From a virus (Duplodnaviria > Caudoviricetes), in IMG/VR virus record IMGVR_UViG_3300020395_000014, positions 1 to 54,522 of that record: a DNA stretch of 54,522 nucleotides, one strand, 5' to 3'. Below are positions 39,342 through 47,852 of this stretch, in pieces. The position numbers were made by a program, and so were the translations under genes. The notes under the pieces are model-generated. The model saw only the letters and a program-made list of their open reading frames with translations, had not been told where the DNA came from and did not search any database. Every line of letters starts with the position of its first letter. The first letter of the stretch is position 1.

Positions 39342-40819
39342 TGGCAGCATTTGATTTTCCAAATAGTCCTGAACTAGACGAGACTCATACCGAAAATGGT
39401 GTGATGTGGAAGTGGAATGGGTATGCTTGGGATAGAGTTCCAAGTAATGGACCTGAAGGTCCTCCTGGTCCTCCTGGTCCTGCAACTCCTGGACCTCCTG
39501 GTCCTCCAGGAACTGGTAACCCTGGTCCTCCTGGTCCTCCAGGAAATACTCCAGGACCTCCTGGTCCTCCTGGTCCTCCAGGCACTGGTGGTGGTGCAGG
39601 AACATTTTTAGAATTAACAGATACTCCTGATACTTCTCCTGGATATTCTGGACAATCTGGTAAAACAGTTAAAGTAAATTCGGGAGAAACTGCTTTAGAG
39701 TTTACTCCATTAGATTCTGGTCCTCCAGGACCTCCTGGTAATCCTGGTCCTCCAGGAGAAGATTCAACTACACCAGGTCCTCCTGGTCCTCCAGGCAGTG
39801 GTCCTCCTGGTCCTCCAGGTGAAGATGGTGAGGATGGTACTCCTGGAACTGGTAATCCTGGTCCTCCTGGTCCTCCAGGAACTGGAACTCCTGGTCCTCC
39901 TGGTCCTCCAGGTACTAATGTCGATACAACTTATTCATATACTGTTGAAAATGCTGGCGGTGGAAATGTTAATTTAAAATTAGACGGAACAGAAAATACT
40001 TCATCCGCAACTGATTATACTATTAAATTCAATGCTGGAACTGCTCTTACAAATTCAGTTCAGAGTCAGAATGAATTTACAATGAATCTGGATAATACTG
40101 CTGTAACTCCTGACTCATATACTAATGCAAACATAACTGTTGACCAACAAGGTAGAATAACAGCAGCATCGAATGGTTCTGCTGGTGGTGGCGGTGGTGG
40201 TGCAAATTTACAAACATTTACATCATCTGGAACTTGGACAAAACCATCTGGATATAGTCATTTTTGGGTAATTTGTATTGGTGGAGGTGGTGGATCTGGT
40301 GGTGCTAATGCACAAGATGATGATGGATGTGATGGTGGTGCTACTGGTGGTGGTGGAGCTGGTGGTATGGGTATGTGGATTTATGCTGCATCAAGTTTAC
40401 CTGCTTCAATGTCTGTAACTGTCGGAACTGGTGGAGGTGGTGGTTCCTCTGGTGGTGGATGGGTTGGTGGAACTGGTGGAACTGGTGGAACAACAACATT
40501 TGGAAATACTGGTCTTTATGGTGCAGGTGGTACTGGAAGTAGTGGAACAGATTACTCTCCTAATACTAGAGTATCTGAGGGTGGTACTGGTGGAGCAGGT
40601 AATGGTTTTGGGATGAATGGTGCAAATGGTGGAGATGGTAATATGGCCACAAGTGCTGGTAATACTACTGTCGATGAACATGCTGCAAGAGCTCAAGGTG
40701 GAATGTCTGCTTGGGGTGGTAGAAGTTATGGAGAAGGTGCAGATGGTGTTGTAACCTGTGATCAGAATACTTCTGGTAATTCTGGATCAAATGGGTGTAT
40801 AATGGTATTTGGTTTTTAA
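39341..40819 (+). CDS. collagen-like fibre with Gly-rich C-terminal domain
   Basis: Start coupled by TAATG ([10 protein letters not shown]...WKWNG..W); GPP repeats; V.P.SYT.ANITVD..GRIT.AS; FTSSGTW.KP.G.....V..IGGGGG domain. Confidence 0.85.
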   Translation: MAAFDFPNSPELDETHTENGVMWKWNGYAWDRVPSNGPEGPPGPPGPATPGPPGPPGTGNPGPPGPPGNTPGPPGPPGPPGTGGGAGTFLELTDTPDTSPGYSGQSGKTVKVNSGETALEFTPLDSGPPGPPGNPGPPGEDSTTPGPPGPPGSGPPGPPGEDGEDGTPGTGNPGPPGPPGTGTPGPPGPPGTNVDTTYSYTVENAGGGNVNLKLDGTENTSSATDYTIKFNAGTALTNSVQSQNEFTMNLDNTAVTPDSYTNANITVDQQGRITAASNGSAGGGGGGANLQTFTSSGTWTKPSGYSHFWVICIGGGGGSGGANAQDDDGCDGGATGGGGAGGMGMWIYAASSLPASMSVTVGTGGGGGSSGGGWVGGTGGTGGTTTFGNTGLYGAGGTGSSGTDYSPNTRVSEGGTGGAGNGFGMNGANGGDGNMATSAGNTTVDEHAARAQGGMSAWGGRSYGEGADGVVTCDQNTSGNSGSNGCIMVFGF

Positions 40820-40831
40820 GAGGTAATTAAA

Positions 40832-41251
40832 ATGGGTAGGTATGCTATTATTGAAAATAATATAGTAACAAACATTATAGAATGGGATGGTAATACAACT
40901 ACTTGGACACCTCCTACTGGATCTGTTCAGGTTGCTTTAGCAGCAACTGGAATTGCAGATGGTGTTGGTGTTGGGCAATCTTATTTTGAATCAACAATTG
41001 TAGTTCCACAACCAGTAGATTTACGTACTACAAGTGACCATTATAAACAACTTAGAATGAAAAGAAATAAAAAATTATCTGCTTCAGATTGGACTCAATA
41101 TCCTGATTCCCCATTAGATTCTACTAAGAAAGCAGAATGGAGTACATACAGACAGGAATTAAGAGATTTGCCAGCAAATGTTACTGATAGTAATGTAAAG
41201 GATATCGCATATAAAGCATCACATTCATCTTGGCCAACAAAACCATCATAA
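40832..41251 (+). CDS. tail fibre assembly chaperone
   Basis: YA.I....V.N.I.W N-terminus; LR..RN..L..SDWTQ..D.PL......W..YRQ.LRDLP....WP.KP C-terminus. Confidence 0.85.
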   Translation: MGRYAIIENNIVTNIIEWDGNTTTWTPPTGSVQVALAATGIADGVGVGQSYFESTIVVPQPVDLRTTSDHYKQLRMKRNKKLSASDWTQYPDSPLDSTKKAEWSTYRQELRDLPANVTDSNVKDIAYKASHSSWPTKPS

Positions 41252-41290
41252 ATGTGTTATAATAATTATTATTAATATTTGGCATTTGTA

Positions 41291-41890
41291 ATGAATGATT
41301 TAATACAAATTATTAAAATTCTTAGTGATGAAGATTTAAAAATAATTAATAAGCATATAGACGAAACATGTGAATTTAAAAAAGCGACTGTTTTTAGTGG
41401 AAATATAAAAAATAAAGCTAAAGTTGATACTACTATAAGATCAAGTGTTTCAACATCATTAGTTGATGGTGATGAAGCGACTAATCTTTTACATGATAGA
41501 ATCAATTCTGCTTTAGTTGATTATAAATTTAAAGTATCAAAATTATGTCAGAATTTTACATATTATCCTGTTCCTGGTGGTAGAGGCACAAAATCTTGGA
41601 GAGAAAGTATACAGATACTTGAATATAGTGGTGGACAAGAGTATAAATTTCATCACGATGCTGCTCAAAGACCACAATTACCTGAATATGAAAGAAAAAT
41701 ATCTGTGATTGTTTATTTGTCTAATGGATTTGAGGGAGGTGGAACAGAATTTCCACATGCAACTTTTAAACCAAAGGCAGGGTATGGTTTAATTTTTCCT
41801 TCTAATTGGTGTTATCCACATTCGGGTCAATCTGTAACTAAGGGTAAGAAAAGAGTAGCAGTTACATGGTATTATGTAACATTATCTTGA
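41291..41890 (+). CDS. 2OG-Fe(II) oxygenase, prolyl 4-hydroxylase-like
   Basis: E..Q...Y..GQ.Y..H.D; YL....EGG.T.FP; H.G..V..G.K......W; ATG at 41291 preferred over TTG at 41279. Confidence 0.88.
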   Translation: MNDLIQIIKILSDEDLKIINKHIDETCEFKKATVFSGNIKNKAKVDTTIRSSVSTSLVDGDEATNLLHDRINSALVDYKFKVSKLCQNFTYYPVPGGRGTKSWRESIQILEYSGGQEYKFHHDAAQRPQLPEYERKISVIVYLSNGFEGGGTEFPHATFKPKAGYGLIFPSNWCYPHSGQSVTKGKKRVAVTWYYVTLS

Positions 41891-41915
41891 CGAGATTTAA
41901 TTTTTGTGGTATCAT
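41887..41915 (+). promoter_or_regulatory. sigma70-type promoter TTGACG-17-TATCAT with extended -10 TG
   Basis: Direct match, 22 nt before the ATG at 41938. Confidence 0.65.
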
Positions 41916-41937
41916 ATTAAAAAATTGGTATAGTTAA

Positions 41938-42144
41938 ATGGATAATGATCCGAATGAATCTGTAGAAAGTATATTAATTAATATATGTAAAAGAACTATT
42001 ATACTTTTTAGTGATCTGGGTGATCAGAAAGTGGTTGAGTGTGATAATATTGATCAATTTATGTCTGTTATGGAAGTTATAAAAGATACTGCAGATCCAG
42101 AAATTATTACCTATATTGATCCTGTAATTAACAAAGCTAAATAA
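41938..42144 (+). CDS. small acidic hypothetical protein
   Basis: 68-aa ORF filling the gap, with its own promoter-like sequence. Confidence 0.7.
   Translation: MDNDPNESVESILINICKRTIILFSDLGDQKVVECDNIDQFMSVMEVIKDTADPEIITYIDPVINKAK
42137..42143 (+). promoter_or_regulatory. late promoter CTAAATA
   Basis: 37 nt before the ATG at 42181. Confidence 0.6.
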
Positions 42145-42180
42145 AGTATAGAAATACCACCTGGACAGTAGTATAAGAAG

Positions 42181-45100
42181 ATGCCTCTTAATAAGTTAGA
42201 GAATTTTATAAAGAATAGTGAAGGTCGCATTCTTTATGTAAATCCCAATGATCTTGATGCCACTGATGGAATTGAAAATCAGGGTAACTCATTAACAAAA
42301 CCATTTAAGACCTTACAAAGAGCACTCTTAGAGTCAGCAAGATTTTCATATTTAAGAGGTAATGATAATGATATAGTAGAGAAGACAACTATATTATTAT
42401 TTCCTGGTGAACACCTTGTAGATAATAGACCAGGCTTTGGTATTAAAAATGAATCTGGTGTTGCAAAGGCAATAAGTCCAAATGGATCAGAGAGTGGAGC
42501 ACAGAATACACTTACTTTAACTCTTAATTCAAACTTTGATTTAACACAAGAAGATAATATACTTTATAAGTTTAATAGTACAGAAGGTGGTGTTATAATT
42601 CCAAGAGGAACTTCTGTTGTTGGATTAGATTTAAGAAAGACGAAGATAAGACCTAAGTATGTTCCTAATCCTACTGATGAGAATGTAAAGGGATCTGCAC
42701 TCTTTAGGGTTACTGGTGCTTGTTATTTCTGGCAATTTACTATTTTTGATGGAGACGAGAATACTTTAGTATATACTGACCCAACTAATTTTGACCTTAC
42801 TAATAGATCAAAACCAGTATTCTCTCACCATAAACTAACTGTATTTGAATATGCTGATGGTATTAATAAGTTAGATTCTTTTGGTGGATTAACTGATTTA
42901 GATGTTTATTATAGTAAACTATCTAATGCATATAATAGGGCTTCAAGTAGAGATATTGATCAAAAATTCCCTTCTGATGCAAAATCTTTTGCGAAACAAA
43001 GACCTGAGTATGAAATTGTAGGTGCTTTCTCATCTGATAGAATTCAAATTACAGCACTTAGATCTGGTGATGGTGCAACTCCTGGTCCAGTTGTTACTGT
43101 AACTACTGCTATTCCTCATGAATTAACTGGTGGAACTCCAATTAAAATTGAAAAGGTTAATGTACCAGATTATAATATTTCTACAAAGGTTCAGAGTGTT
43201 TTAAGTGATACTCAATTCACATATCTATTACCACAAGTAGATCCATTTTTACCTGCTGGAGTTGCAGGTGGATTAAGTGTTGGTAATGCAACAGTAAGTG
43301 TTGAAGTTGATACTGTTACTGGTGCATCTCCTTATATCTTTAACTGTTCATTGAGATCAGTTTATGGTATGCAGGGTATGAAGGCAGATGGATCTAAGGC
43401 AACTGGATTTAAATCTATGGTTGTTGCCCAGTTCACTGGTGTCTCTTTGCAGAAAGATGATAGAGCATTTACAAAGTACAATGCTAGAAGTAGAGATTTT
43501 GATGTTATAGATTACACCAAACAAACTGGTGAAACTTTATCATCTAAATCATCATCACCAAATCCTTCAAAGGTATATCACTTAGATAAGGATGCTGTTT
43601 ATAGGAATGGGTGGAAGACTGCACATATTACATTAGCAAATGATGCTGTATTACAGATCGTTTCTGTGTTCGCTATTGGTTATCACATTCACTTCTTAAT
43701 GAAGTCTGGTGGTGACGCATCAATTACAAACTCTAACTCTAACTTCGGTCAGTTTGCTCTTGCTGCTGATGGATTTAAGAAAGAATCGTTTGATAAGGAT
43801 AATAAAGGATTTATCACTTCAGTTATTACACCAAAAGCAGTTGTTTCTGCAGATACCAGAGTAGATTTACCCCAATTAGATAAAGCAAGGATTGTTGCTG
43901 CTGCTAATGATGAAAGAATATACTTATTAGGGCAAGACAATAAATCAGTTCTACCTTCAGAGATTGCTCAAGGATTTAGAATTGGTGCAAAAGTTAATGA
44001 AAAATTATACATTGAGAAGGGTGGTAGTACTTGGGAAGCAAAAATTGTATGTTCTACTCGTGATGCTGGTGATAATCCAACAGGTACTTCATTTACTTCA
44101 GAAAAAGCATACGAAGCAATTCATAATGATACTACTAATAATTCTTCCAATGCAATTCATAAGATAACAATTGCTGGTGGACATGAGTTAAGTAATGGTG
44201 AGTCTATAAGAATTTTTAAAGATAATGCAGATCTTCCTGAAGGATTAGATCCTCATAAGATATACTATGCAATTACTGATGGTAAGAATAGTACAAGACA
44301 AGATGGTATTCAGTTAAACAGTCTTGAAATACAGATTGCAGCATCTAAGACTAACGCAGAAAGAACAACACCTGCATATATTAATACAATATCAAGCCCT
44401 GATGCTGGTATTTTACATATTATTAGTAGAGTATCTGATAAGGATCCTGGTGAAATTGGTCATCCAATGCAGTTTGATACCTCAACATATACTATTGGTA
44501 GTGAAACTAAAGTTGGTGGTTGGTTTATTCATGTAGAAGGTGGTTCTGGAAATACGATTTATGCTAATAGAGCAACGTTATCTGATACAAATGATGAGAT
44601 ACCTTATATTACCAGAAAGAGTGATAGTAGAAGTTTAGATGATAAACTATACAAGTTTAGATATGTTATTCCTAAAGAATTAAAGAATGCACGAGATCCA
44701 CAAGATAGTTTTGTTATACAGGAATCCAGTGATACAAATGTTAGAGATGATGTTGATTTTACATTAAATGATATAATAACTGATTCTGCTACATTAGGGT
44801 ATGATTTTGAAAGAAATACAAGATTTATTTCATATCTTGATTATAATGTAAGTACAAAAATTGTTACTATTAGATCTGATAAAAATCATAATTTAAATCC
44901 TGATGAAGTTATTACTCTTAAAAACCTAACTTGTACTGTTAATCCAACTGGTATTGAGAATCGTGGATATAATGGAACCTTTAAAGTAATTAGTGTTATT
45001 GATTCTAAAACCTTTACATATAAGACAACTGATATTTTAGATGTAGTTCATAATGTAGGAACTTGGAATAATGACGTTCATACAAGATCACTTTCTTTAC

Positions 45101-47829
45101 CAAGATTCCAAAGAAACAATAATGATCAAAACCTATTCATCTATAGATCTGAAACTATAAACAAATATGTTGAAGGATCTCAGGATGGTGTTTATCATCT
45201 ATATGTTTTAAATGGTGGAAACAAACTTGAAAAACAATTTACTGATTCGAGATATAATCAGAATGTTGTTAATCTTTATCCAGAATTAGATCGAGATAAT
45301 GTTGAAGATAATCCACAGGAAGCAACAAGTTATGCAAAAAGATTCCCTCTTGGTGATGTTGTAACTAATGATCTTAAGAAGAGTATTACCAGAGAAACTG
45401 CTAATAAAGCACTATTAAATTTTGGTATTAGTAATAGTATTACTAATGTTACTAATAACGATGGAACTTCTCCTATATTGAATTTAGATAAGGAGCATGA
45501 TCTTCAAGGTTTGAATTATGGTGGAACATTAACAGGTGGATCAGGTCATACTGATGGTACATATCATAATATAAAATTATTTGATGATGCATCTGCACCA
45601 GCTTCTGCTGTATGGAAAGGTGCTACTGCTAAAGTTGTTGTTAGTGGTGGAGCAGTTACTGAATATGAAATCGAACAATCTGGTTCTGCTTATAGTTCAA
45701 GTTTAAGTCCATTATACTTTGATAGTTCATTACCATCTGCTGGTGGTATTGGTGGAGCTCCAAGTTCAAATGTCGCTTTTGTAGAGGCTGGTATAACAAC
45801 TGCAACAGGTAATTATGTTCAAGTAACAGGTATAAGTACAGGAACTGATGCTTATTATAGAATAAATGCTGTTCCTTCTACAAAATCTATTGCAATTAAG
45901 AAACCTCTTACAGATAGGATTCTTGATGGTCAACAAGTAATTGATTTAGGTCCTTGGGTAGCGGTTTCATCTGCTGCTTTACCAAGTCCAAACCCTGATG
46001 ATATTACAATAAGTACAGTTACATGTACTGCTGCTCATGGTTTATTAGAGGGTAATTCATTCAGAGTTCTTGATAATAATGATAACAATCTTGGTGATTT
46101 TATAGTTTCTGAAGTTATTGATGTTACTTCTTTCAAAGTAGATATTGGATCTACTACTGATTTAGTAAATCCTACTTACATCCTCAAGCATGGAATGTCT
46201 TCTAATAATGCAGGATCTGATAAGGCTGGTGAGAATTTAGGTACAAGAGGATTATCATTCTTTGAGCATGAGAATTTAATACTTGGTGAAGAGATTAATA
46301 GTGCAACAAGTGATAAGTTTACAATTAAATTATCTGATGGAACAACCACTCAAGAGTCAATAGAAAGTAGATTACCTTTAGGTTCTTACATTCAAATTGA
46401 TGGAGAGATAATGAGAGTTGTTAAGAGTACACTCTCATCTGGTAAAATAACAGTTCTTCGTGGTGCATTAGGTACTATTGTTGATAATCATGTTATTAAC
46501 TCTCAGATTAAGAAGATTAAACCAATACCTATTGAATTAAGAAGACCTTCTATACTTCGTGCATCTGGTCATACGTTTGAATATCTTGGTTATGGTCCAG
46601 GTAACTATTCAACTGCTCTTCCACAGGTTCAATTAAAGACACCTACTGAAAGGGAAGAGTTCTTATCACAATCACAAGAAACATCTTGTGGTACTGTTGT
46701 TTACACAGGTATGAATGATAAGGGTGATTTCTATATTGGAAACACTAAGATTTCATCTGACTCTGGTGAACAGATAACATTTGATATTCCAGTTCCAACT
46801 GTAACGGGTGAAGATCCAAGTCAATTGAGTGTTGTATTTGATGAAGTAATTATTAAACAGAGATTACTTGTTGAGGGTGGATCATCCAAACAGATTCTAT
46901 CTCAGTTTGATGGTCCTGTTACATTTAATGGTAAGGTTAGATTTAATGAAACTGTTACTATTACTAAGGACTTCACCGTTGATGCTAAAACCTTTATTAA
47001 TGATTCTACAGATTCTGATCCTTCTACTACTGTTTGTACTACTGGTTCTCAAACTTTACAAGGTGCTTTCACTGTTAAAGGTGGAGTTGGAATTGGTAAG
47101 AGATTGAATGTTTGTGGAGATACTAAGATATTCTCAACATCTGCAACAGCATTTACTGTTATGGGTGGTGTATCTATTGGTGGTGATACCTCTCTTGGTG
47201 GAGATTTAACAATCACAGGAACATCAACCTTTGGTGATATAAAACTACCTGATAATAAGAAAGCCTACTTCGGGACTGGGTTGGATATGGAAATCTTCCA
47301 TGACGGGACCGACTCAATTATCAAAAATGATAATGGTATTCTTAAGATTCAAGGTGGTACTGATGCCAGTGAGCATGTTGAAATTTATACTGGTTCTAAT
47401 GTTGCATTAAGAGCAGTAAACACTTTAGGTGCAAACTCAATACAGTTGATGTATAATGGAGCAACTAAATTACAAACTTCTAATAATGGAGTTGGTATTA
47501 CGGGTGATCTTAGTTGTACTGGTGATATTACTGCGTACTTCTCTCCATCTGATAGTACATTAAAAGATAGTGTTACTCCTATATCTAATGCCTTAGATAA
47601 AGTAATATCAATTAGTGGTAATACATTTACTTGGAAGGAATTTAGAGATCAAACTCTAGCAGGTACACAAGATACTGGTGTAATTGCACAAGAAGTTGAA
47701 GCACTTGGTCTTCCTGGTTTAGTTAGAACTAATGAAGATGGTCATAAATCAGTTTCATATCAAAAACTAATTCCAGTTTTGATTGAGGCAATCAAAGAAC
47801 TATCAGCCAAGGTTGATGCTCTATCCTAA
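42181..47829 (+). CDS. 1882-aa virion fibre/baseplate-associated protein with C-terminal S74 intramolecular chaperone
   Basis: YV.P.......G.S...PFKT.Q.A beta-helix cap; H.L..G..I repeats; C-terminal SD..LK..V..I..AL.K......G.IAQEV......V.Y..L...LIEAIKEL. Confidence 0.88.
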   Translation: MPLNKLENFIKNSEGRILYVNPNDLDATDGIENQGNSLTKPFKTLQRALLESARFSYLRGNDNDIVEKTTILLFPGEHLVDNRPGFGIKNESGVAKAISPNGSESGAQNTLTLTLNSNFDLTQEDNILYKFNSTEGGVIIPRGTSVVGLDLRKTKIRPKYVPNPTDENVKGSALFRVTGACYFWQFTIFDGDENTLVYTDPTNFDLTNRSKPVFSHHKLTVFEYADGINKLDSFGGLTDLDVYYSKLSNAYNRASSRDIDQKFPSDAKSFAKQRPEYEIVGAFSSDRIQITALRSGDGATPGPVVTVTTAIPHELTGGTPIKIEKVNVPDYNISTKVQSVLSDTQFTYLLPQVDPFLPAGVAGGLSVGNATVSVEVDTVTGASPYIFNCSLRSVYGMQGMKADGSKATGFKSMVVAQFTGVSLQKDDRAFTKYNARSRDFDVIDYTKQTGETLSSKSSSPNPSKVYHLDKDAVYRNGWKTAHITLANDAVLQIVSVFAIGYHIHFLMKSGGDASITNSNSNFGQFALAADGFKKESFDKDNKGFITSVITPKAVVSADTRVDLPQLDKARIVAAANDERIYLLGQDNKSVLPSEIAQGFRIGAKVNEKLYIEKGGSTWEAKIVCSTRDAGDNPTGTSFTSEKAYEAIHNDTTNNSSNAIHKITIAGGHELSNGESIRIFKDNADLPEGLDPHKIYYAITDGKNSTRQDGIQLNSLEIQIAASKTNAERTTPAYINTISSPDAGILHIISRVSDKDPGEIGHPMQFDTSTYTIGSETKVGGWFIHVEGGSGNTIYANRATLSDTNDEIPYITRKSDSRSLDDKLYKFRYVIPKELKNARDPQDSFVIQESSDTNVRDDVDFTLNDIITDSATLGYDFERNTRFISYLDYNVSTKIVTIRSDKNHNLNPDEVITLKNLTCTVNPTGIENRGYNGTFKVISVIDSKTFTYKTTDILDVVHNVGTWNNDVHTRSLSLPRFQRNNNDQNLFIYRSETINKYVEGSQDGVYHLYVLNGGNKLEKQFTDSRYNQNVVNLYPELDRDNVEDNPQEATSYAKRFPLGDVVTNDLKKSITRETANKALLNFGISNSITNVTNNDGTSPILNLDKEHDLQGLNYGGTLTGGSGHTDGTYHNIKLFDDASAPASAVWKGATAKVVVSGGAVTEYEIEQSGSAYSSSLSPLYFDSSLPSAGGIGGAPSSNVAFVEAGITTATGNYVQVTGISTGTDAYYRINAVPSTKSIAIKKPLTDRILDGQQVIDLGPWVAVSSAALPSPNPDDITISTVTCTAAHGLLEGNSFRVLDNNDNNLGDFIVSEVIDVTSFKVDIGSTTDLVNPTYILKHGMSSNNAGSDKAGENLGTRGLSFFEHENLILGEEINSATSDKFTIKLSDGTTTQESIESRLPLGSYIQIDGEIMRVVKSTLSSGKITVLRGALGTIVDNHVINSQIKKIKPIPIELRRPSILRASGHTFEYLGYGPGNYSTALPQVQLKTPTEREEFLSQSQETSCGTVVYTGMNDKGDFYIGNTKISSDSGEQITFDIPVPTVTGEDPSQLSVVFDEVIIKQRLLVEGGSSKQILSQFDGPVTFNGKVRFNETVTITKDFTVDAKTFINDSTDSDPSTTVCTTGSQTLQGAFTVKGGVGIGKRLNVCGDTKIFSTSATAFTVMGGVSIGGDTSLGGDLTITGTSTFGDIKLPDNKKAYFGTGLDMEIFHDGTDSIIKNDNGILKIQGGTDASEHVEIYTGSNVALRAVNTLGANSIQLMYNGATKLQTSNNGVGITGDLSCTGDITAYFSPSDSTLKDSVTPISNALDKVISISGNTFTWKEFRDQTLAGTQDTGVIAQEVEALGLPGLVRTNEDGHKSVSYQKLIPVLIEAIKELSAKVDALS

Positions 47830-47835
47830 TAAATA
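47829..47835 (+). promoter_or_regulatory. late promoter ATAAATA
   Basis: 17 nt before the ATG at 47853. Confidence 0.6.
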
Positions 47836-47852
47836 ACTAAAAATTATTATAA

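Larger units (their letters stand above)
18140..39710 (+). repeat. dispersed F..LT(D/G)TP..(Y/F)TA.KW.KVN..G..LE module, about 9 copies
   Basis: Approx. 18140, 19732, 21466, 22711, 27991, 30742, 30847, 31841 and a divergent copy at 39601. Confidence 0.9.

Noticed and set aside
17190-39611. Many antisense and alternate-frame ORFs over collagen and Gly-rich tracts (e.g. 17270-17527, 18535-18780, 36454-36897, 38233-38784, 38379-38834)
   Set aside because: Shadows of GGT/CCT/ACT codon repeats that lack stops in other frames; low-complexity products with no expression signals
16794-40819. Diversity-generating retroelement or invertase shufflon behind the fibre repeats
   Set aside because: No reverse transcriptase or recombinase in the window; copies are all coding, in direct orientation, and differences are not adenine-specific
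42181-47829. Intein or intron within the very long ORFs
   Set aside because: No C/S...HN-C/S/T splice motifs, LAGLIDADG or HNH nuclease blocks, or frame interruptions were seen
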